A DNA stretch of 64,000 bases from a virus, in the IMG/VR virus record IMGVR_UViG_3300012359_000002, positions 11,451 through 75,450 of that record, one strand, 5' to 3'. The stretch's first letter is position 1, and every line of letters starts with the position of its first letter. A model generated the notes under the pieces. That model worked only from the letters and a program-made list of their open reading frames with translations, was not told the origin of the DNA and did no database searches. Below are positions 40,674-50,542 of the stretch, piece after piece. A program made the translations under genes and the position numbers.

Positions 40674-42251
40674 ATGACCCCCGAGTCTCAGCTTCAGCAG
40701 GACCCCAACATCCTGATCTCCGGCATCTCCGACGTCGCGAAGGGCACTGGAGTCAACGCGTTCAAGATCAGGATCCAGAGGCGGGCTCCGGGGCAGTCGT
40801 ATCCCGTCCTCCTCGCCGCCTTCGAGGACGCGACCGTCGATCAGATCGCGCACCCGGAGTCGTGGCTCACGCGAATCGGCGGCGGTGGGACCTATCTCAT
40901 CACCGTGTTCCACCCCGTCGATACCGCGAAAGTGCTCAACATCGCGCCGATCATCGTGCAAGCCGGCGGTGCGCCACGACAGGAACCGGTCGACCCGTCG
41001 ATCGTGAACGAGCCGAACTGGACTGGCCCCAAGGACATGTCCTTCCCTTTGCAACAGCGCCGAAGCGGAGCCGTCACTCCAATCTTCGGCATGCCCTCGT
41101 CGTTTGGGGACGCCACCGGGTCAGCGCCTCGCAACGGTGACCAGCCTTCATTCGGTGGCGTCCCCTCTTCACCCGCCACGCAGTTCGACGCGATCCGCGT
41201 CTCCCTGGAGCGCGAGCGCGAGGATCTGCGCCAGCAGACGCTCCGCGCCCAGGAGGAGCGTCACCGCGCCGAGGTTCTCGCCGTGCAGCAGCGCAACGAG
41301 CTGGAGCTGGCAAAGCTCCGCGCAGAGTTCAAGGTCGCGGCTGTGCCGGTGGTGCAGCAGCGCGAGGGCCCGAGCGAGACGGCGACGCTGATCGTCGAGA
41401 TGAACCGCCAGTCGCAGGCCTCCGCCGATCGCTTCCAGGCGCTCATGCTGGAGCTGAACAAGGGCACAGCGATGCAGCTCGCCGGCATGCAGGAGACGAA
41501 CAAGCTTCTGCTGTCGAAGCTTCTCGACAAGCCCGCGATCGATCCGGTGATGGAGAAGCTCCTCGCGAAGAACGCCGACGAGGCCGGCGCGATCGTGAAG
41601 GTCGTGACGCAGATGGCGGAGGCCTCCGGGTCGATCGTCAACATGATGGTCTCGGCGGTGCACTCGATCTCCGAGCTGAATCGCTCGCCCGACGACGCCG
41701 AGCCCAACTGGCTCAAGGCGGTGAAGATTGGGATCGAGGGGCTGCGCCCGATGCTCGCCGGCATGCAGGCGCAGCAGGTGCAGGCACCGCCTGTCTACCA
41801 GCCGCAGCCGGCGCAGTTCCAGTCGCCCCGCCCGCGCGTGCAACCGCCACGCGTGGTGCCTTCACAGCCCGTCGCAGTTCCGGTGCCTGCGCCGCAACCG
41901 CAGCCCCAGGCGACGCAGCCGGCATCCTTCGGCGACGCAGACGGATCGAACCTCGATGCGTTCCTCCAGATCGTCCGCGCGATCCGTGAGCGGCGCGACC
42001 CAACAGAGGTGGCGACGTTCTTCCTCGACAACGTGGAGGAGCCGGCGGTGAAGTCGCGCCTCGACGCTGCCGGCGGGAACCCACTCGAAGCGCTCGAACC
42101 GCACCTTCGCGACTGGGTAGGCGCCGACGTGCAGAACATGCCCTACATCCACACGCTGCTGAAGGAAGTGGAGCGGATCTACGCCGAGCGCCAGGGTGGC
42201 AGGGAGGAAGAGGAAGAGGAAGAGGCGACGGACGGCGAGAAGCTGGCGTAG
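40674..42251 (+). CDS. Large coiled-coil, Pro/Gln-rich protein (possible scaffold or membrane organiser)
   Basis: AAGGAG SD; coiled coil; PQ-rich linker; acidic tail. Confidence 0.6.
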   Translation: MTPESQLQQDPNILISGISDVAKGTGVNAFKIRIQRRAPGQSYPVLLAAFEDATVDQIAHPESWLTRIGGGGTYLITVFHPVDTAKVLNIAPIIVQAGGAPRQEPVDPSIVNEPNWTGPKDMSFPLQQRRSGAVTPIFGMPSSFGDATGSAPRNGDQPSFGGVPSSPATQFDAIRVSLEREREDLRQQTLRAQEERHRAEVLAVQQRNELELAKLRAEFKVAAVPVVQQREGPSETATLIVEMNRQSQASADRFQALMLELNKGTAMQLAGMQETNKLLLSKLLDKPAIDPVMEKLLAKNADEAGAIVKVVTQMAEASGSIVNMMVSAVHSISELNRSPDDAEPNWLKAVKIGIEGLRPMLAGMQAQQVQAPPVYQPQPAQFQSPRPRVQPPRVVPSQPVAVPVPAPQPQPQATQPASFGDADGSNLDAFLQIVRAIRERRDPTEVATFFLDNVEEPAVKSRLDAAGGNPLEALEPHLRDWVGADVQNMPYIHTLLKEVERIYAERQGGREEEEEEEATDGEKLA

Positions 42252-42254
42252 CTC

Positions 42255-42434
42255 ATGCCGCGCTACGTCTACCGGTGCGTGAAGGGGCACGAGGTCGAGC
42301 TGCAGCGAAGCGTCGCAGATCGACTCGACCCTGTCGTCTGTGAGATCTGCACGCTGCTCGAACCGTGCACGCACATGAGGATTGCCCCGGCGCTCGTCTC
42401 GCCGTCTTTTCCGGGGGCAGACAGGTGGAGGTGA
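42255..42434 (+). CDS. FmdB-like zinc-ribbon protein (59 aa, below the ORF-track cutoff)
   Basis: MPRYVYRCVKGHEVE..VVCEIC. Confidence 0.65.
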   Translation: MPRYVYRCVKGHEVELQRSVADRLDPVVCEICTLLEPCTHMRIAPALVSPSFPGADRWR

Positions 42435-42539
42435 CGCGCCGCATAACGCACAAGCCCGTCCTTGACGTCGGGCTTGGTCGAAACTAAGGTTCGGGCTGTG
42501 CGCGGCTTGGTGTGGCGCGGTGCGGAGCCGAAAGGCTCA

Positions 42540-42580
42540 AGGCCCCGGGGTAACTTCCCTCCCCCGGGGCCTCTTTTTGT
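42540..42580 (+). terminator. Intrinsic terminator
   Basis: AGGCCCCGGGG..CCCCGGGGCCT followed by CTTTTTGT. Confidence 0.7.
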
Positions 42581-42735
42581 TCGCGCCCCACGCGTTTCCT
42601 GAACAGCCACCGACCACCTTGACAGACGCGTTGCAGATCCTAGCTTGACTCTGCACACGTACCGTCACTAGTCTCCTCTTCGCGAGGCGCGTTCGAAGTG
42701 CTGGTCTTTCCGATGTACGAGGGGAGATCACGTCT

Positions 42736-43260
42736 TTGCGCTTCTCGACCGCGACGATCACCGACCAAGATCAAGCGCTGAAGAAGCTGGCGCAGTTGAT
42801 CGAAAAGGGTCAGGAGCATCCGCGTGTTCGAGCGATGGCGTTGCGAATCGTGCGCGACTGCGCCGGCCGCGATGACATGTGTGAGCTGACTGCAATCTAC
42901 AACTGGGTGAAGGAGAACATCCCCTACCGCGCAGATCCGAAGACGATCGACTTCTTCGTCGCCGCGGATCGCATGCTCCTCATGCACGAGAAGGGTGCTC
43001 CCGGCGAGGATTGCGACGGGCACACCGTGCTGAATGCATCCCTCGCCGGCTCCCTCGGTTTCACCGCCGGAGCACGAGCGTACGGTGCGGGACGCACCGG
43101 TGCGTACACGCACGTCTACGCCGTCGCGCTCGTGCCGAAGAAGTCGTCGAACGTGTCATCAGGCAAGATCGTCGGCCTCGACACGACCGTCGATCAGGCA
43201 CGCGTCGGGTGGCAACCGCCACCCGGTCACTACCGCACAGCTTGGGTTCAGGACGACTGA
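42736..43260 (+). CDS. Transglutaminase-like (papain-fold Cys-His-Asp) protein
   Basis: IYNWVKENIPYRADP, GEDCDGH, YTHVY, GLDTT. Confidence 0.8.
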   Translation: MRFSTATITDQDQALKKLAQLIEKGQEHPRVRAMALRIVRDCAGRDDMCELTAIYNWVKENIPYRADPKTIDFFVAADRMLLMHEKGAPGEDCDGHTVLNASLAGSLGFTAGARAYGAGRTGAYTHVYAVALVPKKSSNVSSGKIVGLDTTVDQARVGWQPPPGHYRTAWVQDD

Positions 43261-43272
43261 AGGAGCACACGC

Positions 43273-43716
43273 ATGGCTTCCGTCTCAGGTCGCACATACG
43301 CAGAAATGGCCGCGCTGAGCAGGTTCGCGGCGATGTCCGCCTTCGAGCAGCGTCGTCCGCCGCTCTCGTCCCGCGACTTCCGCCCCAACGGGCGAGGACT
43401 CGGGCGTCTTGGTCGCTTCGGCGACGAGACAGACTACACGGACTCGGAGTACGACACCACCGACGAGCCATCCACGCTCGACACGATCTCGTCGATCCTC
43501 CAGGCCGCCGCGCCCGCCGCGATCGGAATTGCCGGGTCACTCACCGGTCACGCGACTGCGGGTGCGATGCCTGGCACCTACTACGCCACGCCGCCGCAGT
43601 TGACGCAGCCGTACAACCCCGGGCTGCTGCCGCCGGCACCCACGTCGAACACCATGCTCTACGTCGGGCTCGGCGTCGCTGCGCTCGCCGCCGTCGTGCT
43701 CATGAAGAAGAAGTAG
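43273..43716 (+). CDS. Membrane-anchored virion protein
   Basis: C-terminal TM followed by KKK; GLGRLGRFGD motif. Confidence 0.6.
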   Translation: MASVSGRTYAEMAALSRFAAMSAFEQRRPPLSSRDFRPNGRGLGRLGRFGDETDYTDSEYDTTDEPSTLDTISSILQAAAPAAIGIAGSLTGHATAGAMPGTYYATPPQLTQPYNPGLLPPAPTSNTMLYVGLGVAALAAVVLMKKK

Positions 43717-43729
43717 CAGGGAGATCGCG

Positions 43730-44026
43730 ATGGTACGCAAGCGCAAGCGAAAGGGCTACGGATCGCCGCCCGCCGAGCACACGAAGCGGGCAGGGCACGC
43801 GTACGAGAAGTCGATGGAGAACGCCGAGCGCGCCATCGATCTCGCGAGTCGCAACGCCTGCAGGACGGCAGTCGGATCGCTCGCGACGGCAGAATACTGG
43901 CGCGGGCGCGGTGATGCGGAGTCCGAGGGAGCAGGCGGCATGCTCGGCCGCGCCAAGCCCGGCGTGCAGATCGGCAAGGCGTACACGGCGGTCGGCAAAT
44001 GCTGGGATCGAGGAGATCGCGGATGA
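43730..44026 (+). CDS. Small basic protein (paralog of 44023-44310)
   Basis: MVRKRKRKGYGSP..CRTAV. Confidence 0.55.
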   Translation: MVRKRKRKGYGSPPAEHTKRAGHAYEKSMENAERAIDLASRNACRTAVGSLATAEYWRGRGDAESEGAGGMLGRAKPGVQIGKAYTAVGKCWDRGDRG

Positions 44027-44310
44027 GCAAGCGCAAGAACTTCGGGTCACCGGCGTCGCTGCACCGCTCGAATGCCGGGTCGATCAGCAAGGATGTGCGT
44101 CGCTTCGCGCAGGCGGCGCGCACGCAGGCGAAGCACGGCGATTGCCGGAGCGCCCTGCACCTCTTCGGCGTCGTCGCGTACCACGCCGGGCAGGCAGCAG
44201 CCGAGCGTGGGCACACGGGACGCAGAGGGTACCGCGGTGGCAGCCGAATGGGATCGCGAGTCCTCGGGCTCCAGAAGACGATCTTTCGCCTGTGCAAGGT
44301 GGGCCGGTGA
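44023..44310 (+). CDS. Small basic protein
   Basis: MSKRKNFGSP..CRSAL. Confidence 0.55.
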   Translation: MSKRKNFGSPASLHRSNAGSISKDVRRFAQAARTQAKHGDCRSALHLFGVVAYHAGQAAAERGHTGRRGYRGGSRMGSRVLGLQKTIFRLCKVGR

Positions 44311-44705
44311 GCGAGTCCCGAATCCTCGTGCTCGAAGGTTACGACGCGTCGCCGCGCAATCGCAGCGCCACGCGACGCGAAGCCGTCGAGTGGAACGCGT
44401 GCAAGGTGGAGCGCAAGGTCGACGTCTACCGCCGCGGTGGCGTCGATCAGGCGCCCTCCGTCGCGTGCTCGAACAACACCAAGTTCTGGGTCCTCGCCTC
44501 GACGAAGAAGCAGGCCCACAAGCTCGCCGTCCAGAAGTTCCGCGGCGAGAAGAAGGCGAGGCGCCGTCTCGGCGACGTGTCGCCGGCTCAGTCTGCTGCG
44601 CAGCGGAGGTTCACCGCGGCAGCTCACGCCTGCCGTGCTGACGTCGGTACGGGAGGGAAGAACCGCAGCTACCTCACCTGCATGAAGCAGAAGCTGACGA
44701 AGTAG
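44307..44705 (+). CDS. Small basic Cys-containing protein
   Basis: GTGA overlap; RRRLGD; FTAAAHAC..YLTCMKQKL. Confidence 0.55.
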   Translation: MSESRILVLEGYDASPRNRSATRREAVEWNACKVERKVDVYRRGGVDQAPSVACSNNTKFWVLASTKKQAHKLAVQKFRGEKKARRRLGDVSPAQSAAQRRFTAAAHACRADVGTGGKNRSYLTCMKQKLTK

Positions 44706-44740
44706 AGCAGTCCACCACGTTCACAGAAGGAGAAGTACAC

Positions 44741-45316
44741 ATGGCAAAGCGTCGTCGGTACGGTGACATCGTTGCGCTCCCGCTTGGTGGGCTCGACGTC
44801 CTGAAGAGCAGCGTCAAGGGGACCGATCTCCTCGTCGGCGCCCTGCTCGGCGTCGGAGGCTTCGGCGCGCTCAACTGGGTGAAGAACCAGACGTGGTTTC
44901 CCCTCTCCCTCAAGACGAACGCGCAGTTCGTCCGCTTCGCCCCGCTCGCTTCGGGTACGCTCGCGGCGATCGGCGTCTACTTCGCCGACAAGAAGCTCCT
45001 GAAGATGGGCAGCAGCGCGGCCGGTCACGCCGTCGGCGCGTTCGCGGCCGGGCTCGCCGTCCAGGCGCTGCAGGAGGCCAAGACGCAGTGGCCCCAGTAT
45101 TTCTCGGACATCGTCGACCTCCGCCTCGCCGGCTTCATCGTGAACGATCCGCAGCGGCGCGCGATGAACGGCTACGGGAGCTTCATCATCGACGACCCCG
45201 CCCGCCCCTTCGCCGGCCTCGGCGCCTACAGCGACAACCCGAACCTCGCCGACCTTGCGGCGCTCAGCATGCAGGAAGACGACGCCGACATGATGGACAT
45301 CGGCCTCGACGCCTGA
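44741..45316 (+). CDS. Membrane protein directly upstream of the candidate capsid gene
   Basis: AAGGAG SD; MAKRRRYGD; three hydrophobic segments; acidic tail. Confidence 0.65.
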   Translation: MAKRRRYGDIVALPLGGLDVLKSSVKGTDLLVGALLGVGGFGALNWVKNQTWFPLSLKTNAQFVRFAPLASGTLAAIGVYFADKKLLKMGSSAAGHAVGAFAAGLAVQALQEAKTQWPQYFSDIVDLRLAGFIVNDPQRRAMNGYGSFIIDDPARPFAGLGAYSDNPNLADLAALSMQEDDADMMDIGLDA

Positions 45317-45427
45317 CACCGCCTTCGGCGGTGATGCACTAGCCGTGAACGCCTAGCCGCTAGCGGGCGCCCGCAACCCCACTGAAGCTCGACCAGTCGG
45401 AAGACCAAGGTCGAAAAGGAGAAGCAA

Positions 45428-46129
45428 ATGCAGGGTGCTCTGTACATGCCCGACGGGCGGTTCCGCTCGCCCACCGCAGTTCCTGGCAAGGCCGACGTCC
45501 GCGACGATCACGTCTACTCCGCCATCGTGCTCGCGCACGGCGGCACCGGTCAGCAGAAGCTCTTCACGAACCCGCAGGGCCAGGCGATCCCGACGCTGAA
45601 GGGTGCGGCGATCACCGTGGCTCAGGTCCACCAGCAGACCTACACCGAGATCACGACCAACCTCACGCAGGCCGGTCAGCTCGGCTCCGCCGTCGGTGAT
45701 GCGTCCGTCCGTGCGATCGGCATCACGATCGAGCAGGCCGGCTTCTCGCCGAGCGGTGGCGGTCTGAATGCGTGGGGTGCGACGCAGCTCGAAGCGTGCG
45801 ACATCGCCTCGAAGGTCTTCTTCCAGTTCAAGATCGCGAGCAAGGTCCAGATCCAGGGCCCGGTGTGGGCATTTCCCGCCGCCGGCATGATCTTCGGCTC
45901 CCTGTCGACGACGACGAACAATGCGACGCAGGGCCTCTCCGCGAACGGTCCGAACGGCCTGCCGCGCAAGCTCAAGCTGCCAATCCTCGTCGCGCGTACC
46001 GACACGCTCGAAGGCGTCGTCGGCGTGGCCGGCGCGGCGTCGCTCGTCTTCTCGACCACGACCGGCGCCGGGCAGGCGTCGCTGCTCACCGTCATGCTCT
46101 TCGCCCTCGTCAAGGGTGACGTCCGGTAA
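45428..46129 (+). CDS. Candidate major capsid protein, single-jelly-roll-like
   Basis: Strong SD, strongly biased codons, flanking hairpins, alternating hydrophobic beta-strand pattern, 233 aa; fold is inferred. Confidence 0.55.
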   Translation: MQGALYMPDGRFRSPTAVPGKADVRDDHVYSAIVLAHGGTGQQKLFTNPQGQAIPTLKGAAITVAQVHQQTYTEITTNLTQAGQLGSAVGDASVRAIGITIEQAGFSPSGGGLNAWGATQLEACDIASKVFFQFKIASKVQIQGPVWAFPAAGMIFGSLSTTTNNATQGLSANGPNGLPRKLKLPILVARTDTLEGVVGVAGAASLVFSTTTGAGQASLLTVMLFALVKGDVR

Positions 46130-46141
46130 GTACCTGAAGTT

Positions 46142-46209
46142 GCTCGGGAATTTCTCGAGCTGACTTCGAGCGGCTGCCCAGGAGCGCCGGTGGATGAAAC
46201 CGGCGCTCC
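46142..46209 (+). terminator. Hairpins downstream of the candidate capsid gene (terminator or mRNA stabiliser)
   Basis: GGAGCGCCGGT-GGATGAA-ACCGGCGCTCC at 46181-46209; second stem at 46142-46160. Confidence 0.45.
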
Positions 46210-46281
46210 GATGAGGCTCTCGAAGAAACCAGCACGGCGCAGCACAGCCCGCGGTAGCCGCTAGCGCCCGGGGAGAAGTGA

Positions 46282-47304
46282 ATGTCGATCCGTTTCGGAC
46301 AGGCGACGACGCTGCCGCAGGGTGGTGGGCCCGTCGCAGCGGCACCGCTCTTCAGGAATCGCGCGACGCGCCGTGAGGACTACAGCCGTTCGCTGCCGGT
46401 GACGTTGACCGGCTCGATCGTGCTGAACCCTGACGAGTCCGTTCCGTTGAACGCAGACGCGCTCGCGAACCCGCTTCCTATCCCACTGGAAATACACGAG
46501 TTGAAGTGGTGCCTCCAGTCAGCCACGGGTGGGCCCACCGCGCTCAACGCACTCTCCGGCCTCGCCGTCGAGTGCCTCATGAGTGTTGGCGCCGACGCGA
46601 TCACCAACAACCCGACCCCGCTCTACAATCTCCACTCGACGGTTGATCCCGTTGTCGAGTTCGGCGCATTTCGCATCTTCGTGGCGGTCAGCGAAGGCCC
46701 CGTCTTCGGCCTTTGGCGTCTCGACTCGCCGCTCTACCTCGCTCCCGGGCAGCGACTCGACGTGCAGCTCAAGCACCGCTCGTTGGTGCCTATCGCGATC
46801 ACGGCGACCGTCTCGATCTCGGGGCGGAGCGTCGCCAGTATGCCACAGAAGCGCCGATTGCCGTACGTCGCGAGCTTCGTTGCTGCGCCGATTACGTTGG
46901 ACCCCGGAACGACGGATCTCCGTCGCATTTCGGCGGAGAGCGATCTCGTCAACAAGCTGGCCGTTCCGATCCGCGTGCGCCGGCTCATCGGGCGCCTCTC
47001 CATCTTCTCCGCGGCCGTGAGCGGCAACACGACGTTCACGACAGTCGACCCGAACTTACAGCACGCTGTGCGCGATGTACTCGTCAACATGACGATGCGC
47101 GACTCGCACGGAACGCCAACGGTGAAGACGAGCACGCCGTACGGTTCTGTCTTCCCGACGCCGACGCACTCGATTGAGATACCACACGTCATGGGTGCGG
47201 GAGACTATTACATCGCAAACCTGCTCGGCACGCCAATGGCGGTGGCCGACGGCGTGCGCGCCCACGCCTCGATCTCTCTCGTCGGTTCGCGGGAGGTCGC
47301 ATGA
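46282..47304 (+). CDS. Two-domain beta protein, double-jelly-roll-like, paralog 1
   Basis: Internal repeat: ALANPLPIPLEIHEL..LDSPLYLAPGQ..SISGR / DLVNKLAVPIRVRRL..IPHVMGAGD..SLVGSR. Confidence 0.55.
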   Translation: MSIRFGQATTLPQGGGPVAAAPLFRNRATRREDYSRSLPVTLTGSIVLNPDESVPLNADALANPLPIPLEIHELKWCLQSATGGPTALNALSGLAVECLMSVGADAITNNPTPLYNLHSTVDPVVEFGAFRIFVAVSEGPVFGLWRLDSPLYLAPGQRLDVQLKHRSLVPIAITATVSISGRSVASMPQKRRLPYVASFVAAPITLDPGTTDLRRISAESDLVNKLAVPIRVRRLIGRLSIFSAAVSGNTTFTTVDPNLQHAVRDVLVNMTMRDSHGTPTVKTSTPYGSVFPTPTHSIEIPHVMGAGDYYIANLLGTPMAVADGVRAHASISLVGSREVA

Positions 47305-48257
47305 AGCCGTTCGTCATGTCGGCGAGCGTGTTGCTGGCGCCCGGTGCCACATCAGCAATGCTTGATTTGGCACAAATGTCACCACTCACGCGCCGTCCGA
47401 TGTTGGTGCGCGACTTCACCTTCACGAGCCAGTCACCGTCGGTTGCGTCGGCTGCGATCTCGTCGAGCACGAATATACAGGGTGACTTTAGTCACATCAT
47501 TCGTGCGAAGATTCGACTTGGTGTCAATGATCTCACGAACGGCTTCGTACCGATCAGTCTCTTCGCGCCGCCGTACAGCCGCTTCTACTCCGCACCCGGC
47601 TCGTCGCAGACGTTTACAGGCACGACCAACTTCCTGCTCGATGCGATCGTCGCTGGAAAGGCGGAGGTGTACAACCACTGGCGTTGGGTCCTCCCGAAGC
47701 CGATGTACGTGTCTCCCGGCGAGGGCATCCAGATTCAGATTCTCCGCTCGCCGGTGATCGATGCGAGCATCGACGCGTCGTACCTGACTGGCTCGTTCAA
47801 CGTCCGTGTCGCCGTCCACGGCGAGCTTCTCTTCAAGGAGGCGCGGGGGTGCTCCCGCGACCTACCGTACGTGAGCGCGTTCATCGCGGAGACCAGCCTG
47901 AAGAGTAGGGAGCAAGACATGAAGAACGTCCTCTCCACGCCGGTGATGATTCAGCGACTCGTCGGGTCGTGCACCAAGCGCGTGGGACCTGTTCCGATGA
48001 TGTCGGACGGCGGCGCCGCGAGACTTGAACTCCGCGGTTCGGACGGCTACGAGATCACCAACGGTGCGGTCAGCTTCTCGAACCTGTTCCCGTTCCAGCA
48101 GCCGGCGTGGACGTTCCGGCGGACGCTGAACCCGAACGAGCAGATCATCGCCGCATTCGATGCACTGGACGCAAATGGCGTTACGGCGCTTGGCTTCGAG
48201 AACTCCGGTCTCTTCGGCGTCTCGATCATTGGCAACAGAGAGGAGCCGCTCGCGTGA
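47301..48257 (+). CDS. Two-domain beta protein, paralog 2
   Basis: LPKPMYVSPGE..AVHGE / LPYVSAF..DMKNVLSTPVMIQRL..SIIGNR. Confidence 0.55.
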   Translation: MKPFVMSASVLLAPGATSAMLDLAQMSPLTRRPMLVRDFTFTSQSPSVASAAISSSTNIQGDFSHIIRAKIRLGVNDLTNGFVPISLFAPPYSRFYSAPGSSQTFTGTTNFLLDAIVAGKAEVYNHWRWVLPKPMYVSPGEGIQIQILRSPVIDASIDASYLTGSFNVRVAVHGELLFKEARGCSRDLPYVSAFIAETSLKSREQDMKNVLSTPVMIQRLVGSCTKRVGPVPMMSDGGAARLELRGSDGYEITNGAVSFSNLFPFQQPAWTFRRTLNPNEQIIAAFDALDANGVTALGFENSGLFGVSIIGNREEPLA

Positions 48258-49123
48258 ACGCAACGGCGATGTTCCTTCCGTGGGCCATGGAGCGCCAGTC
48301 GCCGGTGGTGGGATCCGGTGGTGGGCTCTTCACGCTTCCTGAAGGGCTGAAGCAGACGCAGAACGCCGCCGTGCTGGTCGACGAGTTGCGTTTCGACCCG
48401 GTGCTGATCTCTGGACTCGGAACGATCCGCGCCACGATCTCCGTCGGCCGGCAATCGATCTGCAACGACGTACCGCTCGATGTGCTCTGCAAGCCCCTCG
48501 ACTTCTCTGCGAACTTCAACAACTTTGCCGTCAGTGCACGCGTGCTGCGTTTCGTACGCCCGCTCTATCTCCCCGACAACGGACAGATCAACGTCGGGTT
48601 GCGTTTCGTCGATCCGACTGGCGGCGCACACTACGTGCCGATCGCGTTCAACGTCATGGTGGTAGGACGAACGCTGCCGAGCAACTTTCCGGCGCCTGCG
48701 TACATCGACGTTCCGTTCGGATCCTTCTGGCAGCCCCCCGCGTCGGCTGTGAACTTCATTGCGCAGTCGACGCCGACAGATCTCAAGAACGGGCTCGCGG
48801 AAGATCTCGAAGTGAAACGCTTCACCTTCCTTCCGGTCGGGAACGCCGGGACGTTCAACCAACTGGACAACCTCGCCGCCTCGGGAAACGCGAAGCTCCA
48901 GCTCTTCGGCTCGAATGGCCTGCTCGGCGTTCGCGATCAGACGCCTGCGGGTGCGCTCATGCATCTTGGTCGACTGGCGTGGGGTGTGAACAGCATCCTG
49001 CCGGCCGGCGGTTTCTACATCGCCGATCTCGACTACACCGTCAGGGCTGGTTTCAGCTCCGTTGTCTTCTACCTCGGCATGTTCGGGAGTCGCAAGATCC
49101 CGTATGCTGAACTGGGGGTGTAG
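48254..49123 (+). CDS. Two-domain beta protein, paralog 3
   Basis: FVRPLYLPDNG..MVVGR / DLKNGLAEDLEVKRF..ILPAGG..GMFGSR. Confidence 0.55.
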   Translation: MNATAMFLPWAMERQSPVVGSGGGLFTLPEGLKQTQNAAVLVDELRFDPVLISGLGTIRATISVGRQSICNDVPLDVLCKPLDFSANFNNFAVSARVLRFVRPLYLPDNGQINVGLRFVDPTGGAHYVPIAFNVMVVGRTLPSNFPAPAYIDVPFGSFWQPPASAVNFIAQSTPTDLKNGLAEDLEVKRFTFLPVGNAGTFNQLDNLAASGNAKLQLFGSNGLLGVRDQTPAGALMHLGRLAWGVNSILPAGGFYIADLDYTVRAGFSSVVFYLGMFGSRKIPYAELGV

Positions 49124-49126
49124 TAT

Positions 49127-50053
49127 ATGTCCGCCTTCGGAAAGCACTTGCGTGCAGCAGACGTCGCGGGTGACGTGACGACGTCAGCGGCACGAATTTC
49201 GATCCTGCGAAACGTCTTTCCCGTTCAGTCGTTCTTCGACAATACACAGCTCGCACAGGCGTTGCTGATGCAACAGCCAAACGAGCCGATCGTTAACAAG
49301 CAGCCGAAGCCGAATCTGCGCGGTCGTGCGATCGGCCTTCATCCGACGAGTCAGACGCCCGTCGCCGTGAAGACCTTTTCGCGTGGTGGTGCAACTTCCA
49401 ACAACATTTTCACGCTCACGCCCGGTCAGTTCATCCTTCTCGGGAACCACGGCTTCGAGGGACTGGAGTGGGGCCTGCCGTACGGGTGGCTCGGCGGTGG
49501 AATCGGCCGGCTCGTGATCGCCGACGATGAAGAGTCGTTTCTCGGCTGGTCACAGTCCAAGGTCGAGGTGCTCTTCCACCGCATTCGCGTTCAGATCGTC
49601 GCCGACGCGAATCCGACGGTGACGCCCGCCATCACAGGCATGAACTGGCCGCTGCGCTTCCCGTGGTCGAGTGCCTTCCGGTTCAACGTGACGACGCCCA
49701 CCAGCCCCTTCCCGCAGGCGGGGCTCTCGACGATCGCGATCGAGCCGAGCCGTACGCTTCTTCGACTTCGCGTGAACAACCTCGCGGCGCCCGCAGCGAT
49801 GCGTGTGATCATGCAAGGGCTCGACGACCTCGACATCGGTTCAGACGGCGTCACGACAGCCTTCACCGACTTTTCGGTGGAAGGCGTCAACTGGCCGGCA
49901 GCAGTGGGCGCCTCGACGCCGTTTCCGACCGCGGAGATTCGCGAAGGGCTGCTCCTAGACGGCGGGGACCAAGCGGTCGCCACCTTCACGAACCTGGGCA
50001 ACGCCGCGCTCCTGAACCAGTTCGTCGACTGCGCGCGGTACGGGCGCATCTAG
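49127..50053 (+). CDS. Beta-rich structural protein (possible vertex/penton)
   Basis: Beta-strand composition; position in the structural operon. Confidence 0.45.
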   Translation: MSAFGKHLRAADVAGDVTTSAARISILRNVFPVQSFFDNTQLAQALLMQQPNEPIVNKQPKPNLRGRAIGLHPTSQTPVAVKTFSRGGATSNNIFTLTPGQFILLGNHGFEGLEWGLPYGWLGGGIGRLVIADDEESFLGWSQSKVEVLFHRIRVQIVADANPTVTPAITGMNWPLRFPWSSAFRFNVTTPTSPFPQAGLSTIAIEPSRTLLRLRVNNLAAPAAMRVIMQGLDDLDIGSDGVTTAFTDFSVEGVNWPAAVGASTPFPTAEIREGLLLDGGDQAVATFTNLGNAALLNQFVDCARYGRI

Positions 50054-50063
50054 GAGGTTCACC

Positions 50064-50531
50064 GTGATCCTCTCCGGCTTCAACTTCAACGGCGCGCCAG
50101 GCGGCTTCGATGCGCGCCGCGCCCGACCGCGACCGGACTTCTCCGGCGCGGCGCACCTTCGTGCCTTCTCGAACCAGCGTGCGGGGATGCGAGGCTACGG
50201 TGACGATGGAACCGCCGCGCTCCAGCAGCAGGTGATGCAGCTCCGACAGCGTCTGGCGGCGCTCGGCGGCGTCGTGAACCAGCTTCGCATCATGTGCGCC
50301 GCCAACCAGGGCGGGCCGATCTACGCGCCCGGCCCCGGCGTGCCGGCATCGCAGGCGGTGGTGGACGTCACCGGAGCGCAGTGCACCCCATCTGACGCGC
50401 CAGAGCCTCCCGCTGACGCGATGGACCGCGCGTGGTACGGAGATCACCTTCGCGGTTCGGATCTCTCCGCCTTCGGTGCCGACGGTGGAGACTTCGGCGA
50501 TCTCGACGCGGACCTTGGGCTCAACGACTGA
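50064..50531 (+). CDS. Structural-block protein with short coiled coil
   Basis: AGGAGG SD; MRGYGDDG; FGADGGDFGD. Confidence 0.55.
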   Translation: MILSGFNFNGAPGGFDARRARPRPDFSGAAHLRAFSNQRAGMRGYGDDGTAALQQQVMQLRQRLAALGGVVNQLRIMCAANQGGPIYAPGPGVPASQAVVDVTGAQCTPSDAPEPPADAMDRAWYGDHLRGSDLSAFGADGGDFGDLDADLGLND

Positions 50532-50542
50532 AGGAGGGGAGC

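Noticed and set aside
43011-44306. 564-aa ORF 43011-44705 as a single gene
   Set aside because: Its 5' part overlaps four better-supported ORFs; only 44307-44705 looks genuine
46160-46232. Hammerhead ribozyme after the candidate capsid gene
   Set aside because: GATGA and GAAAC fragments occur but the CUGANGA core and three-stem geometry could not be assembled
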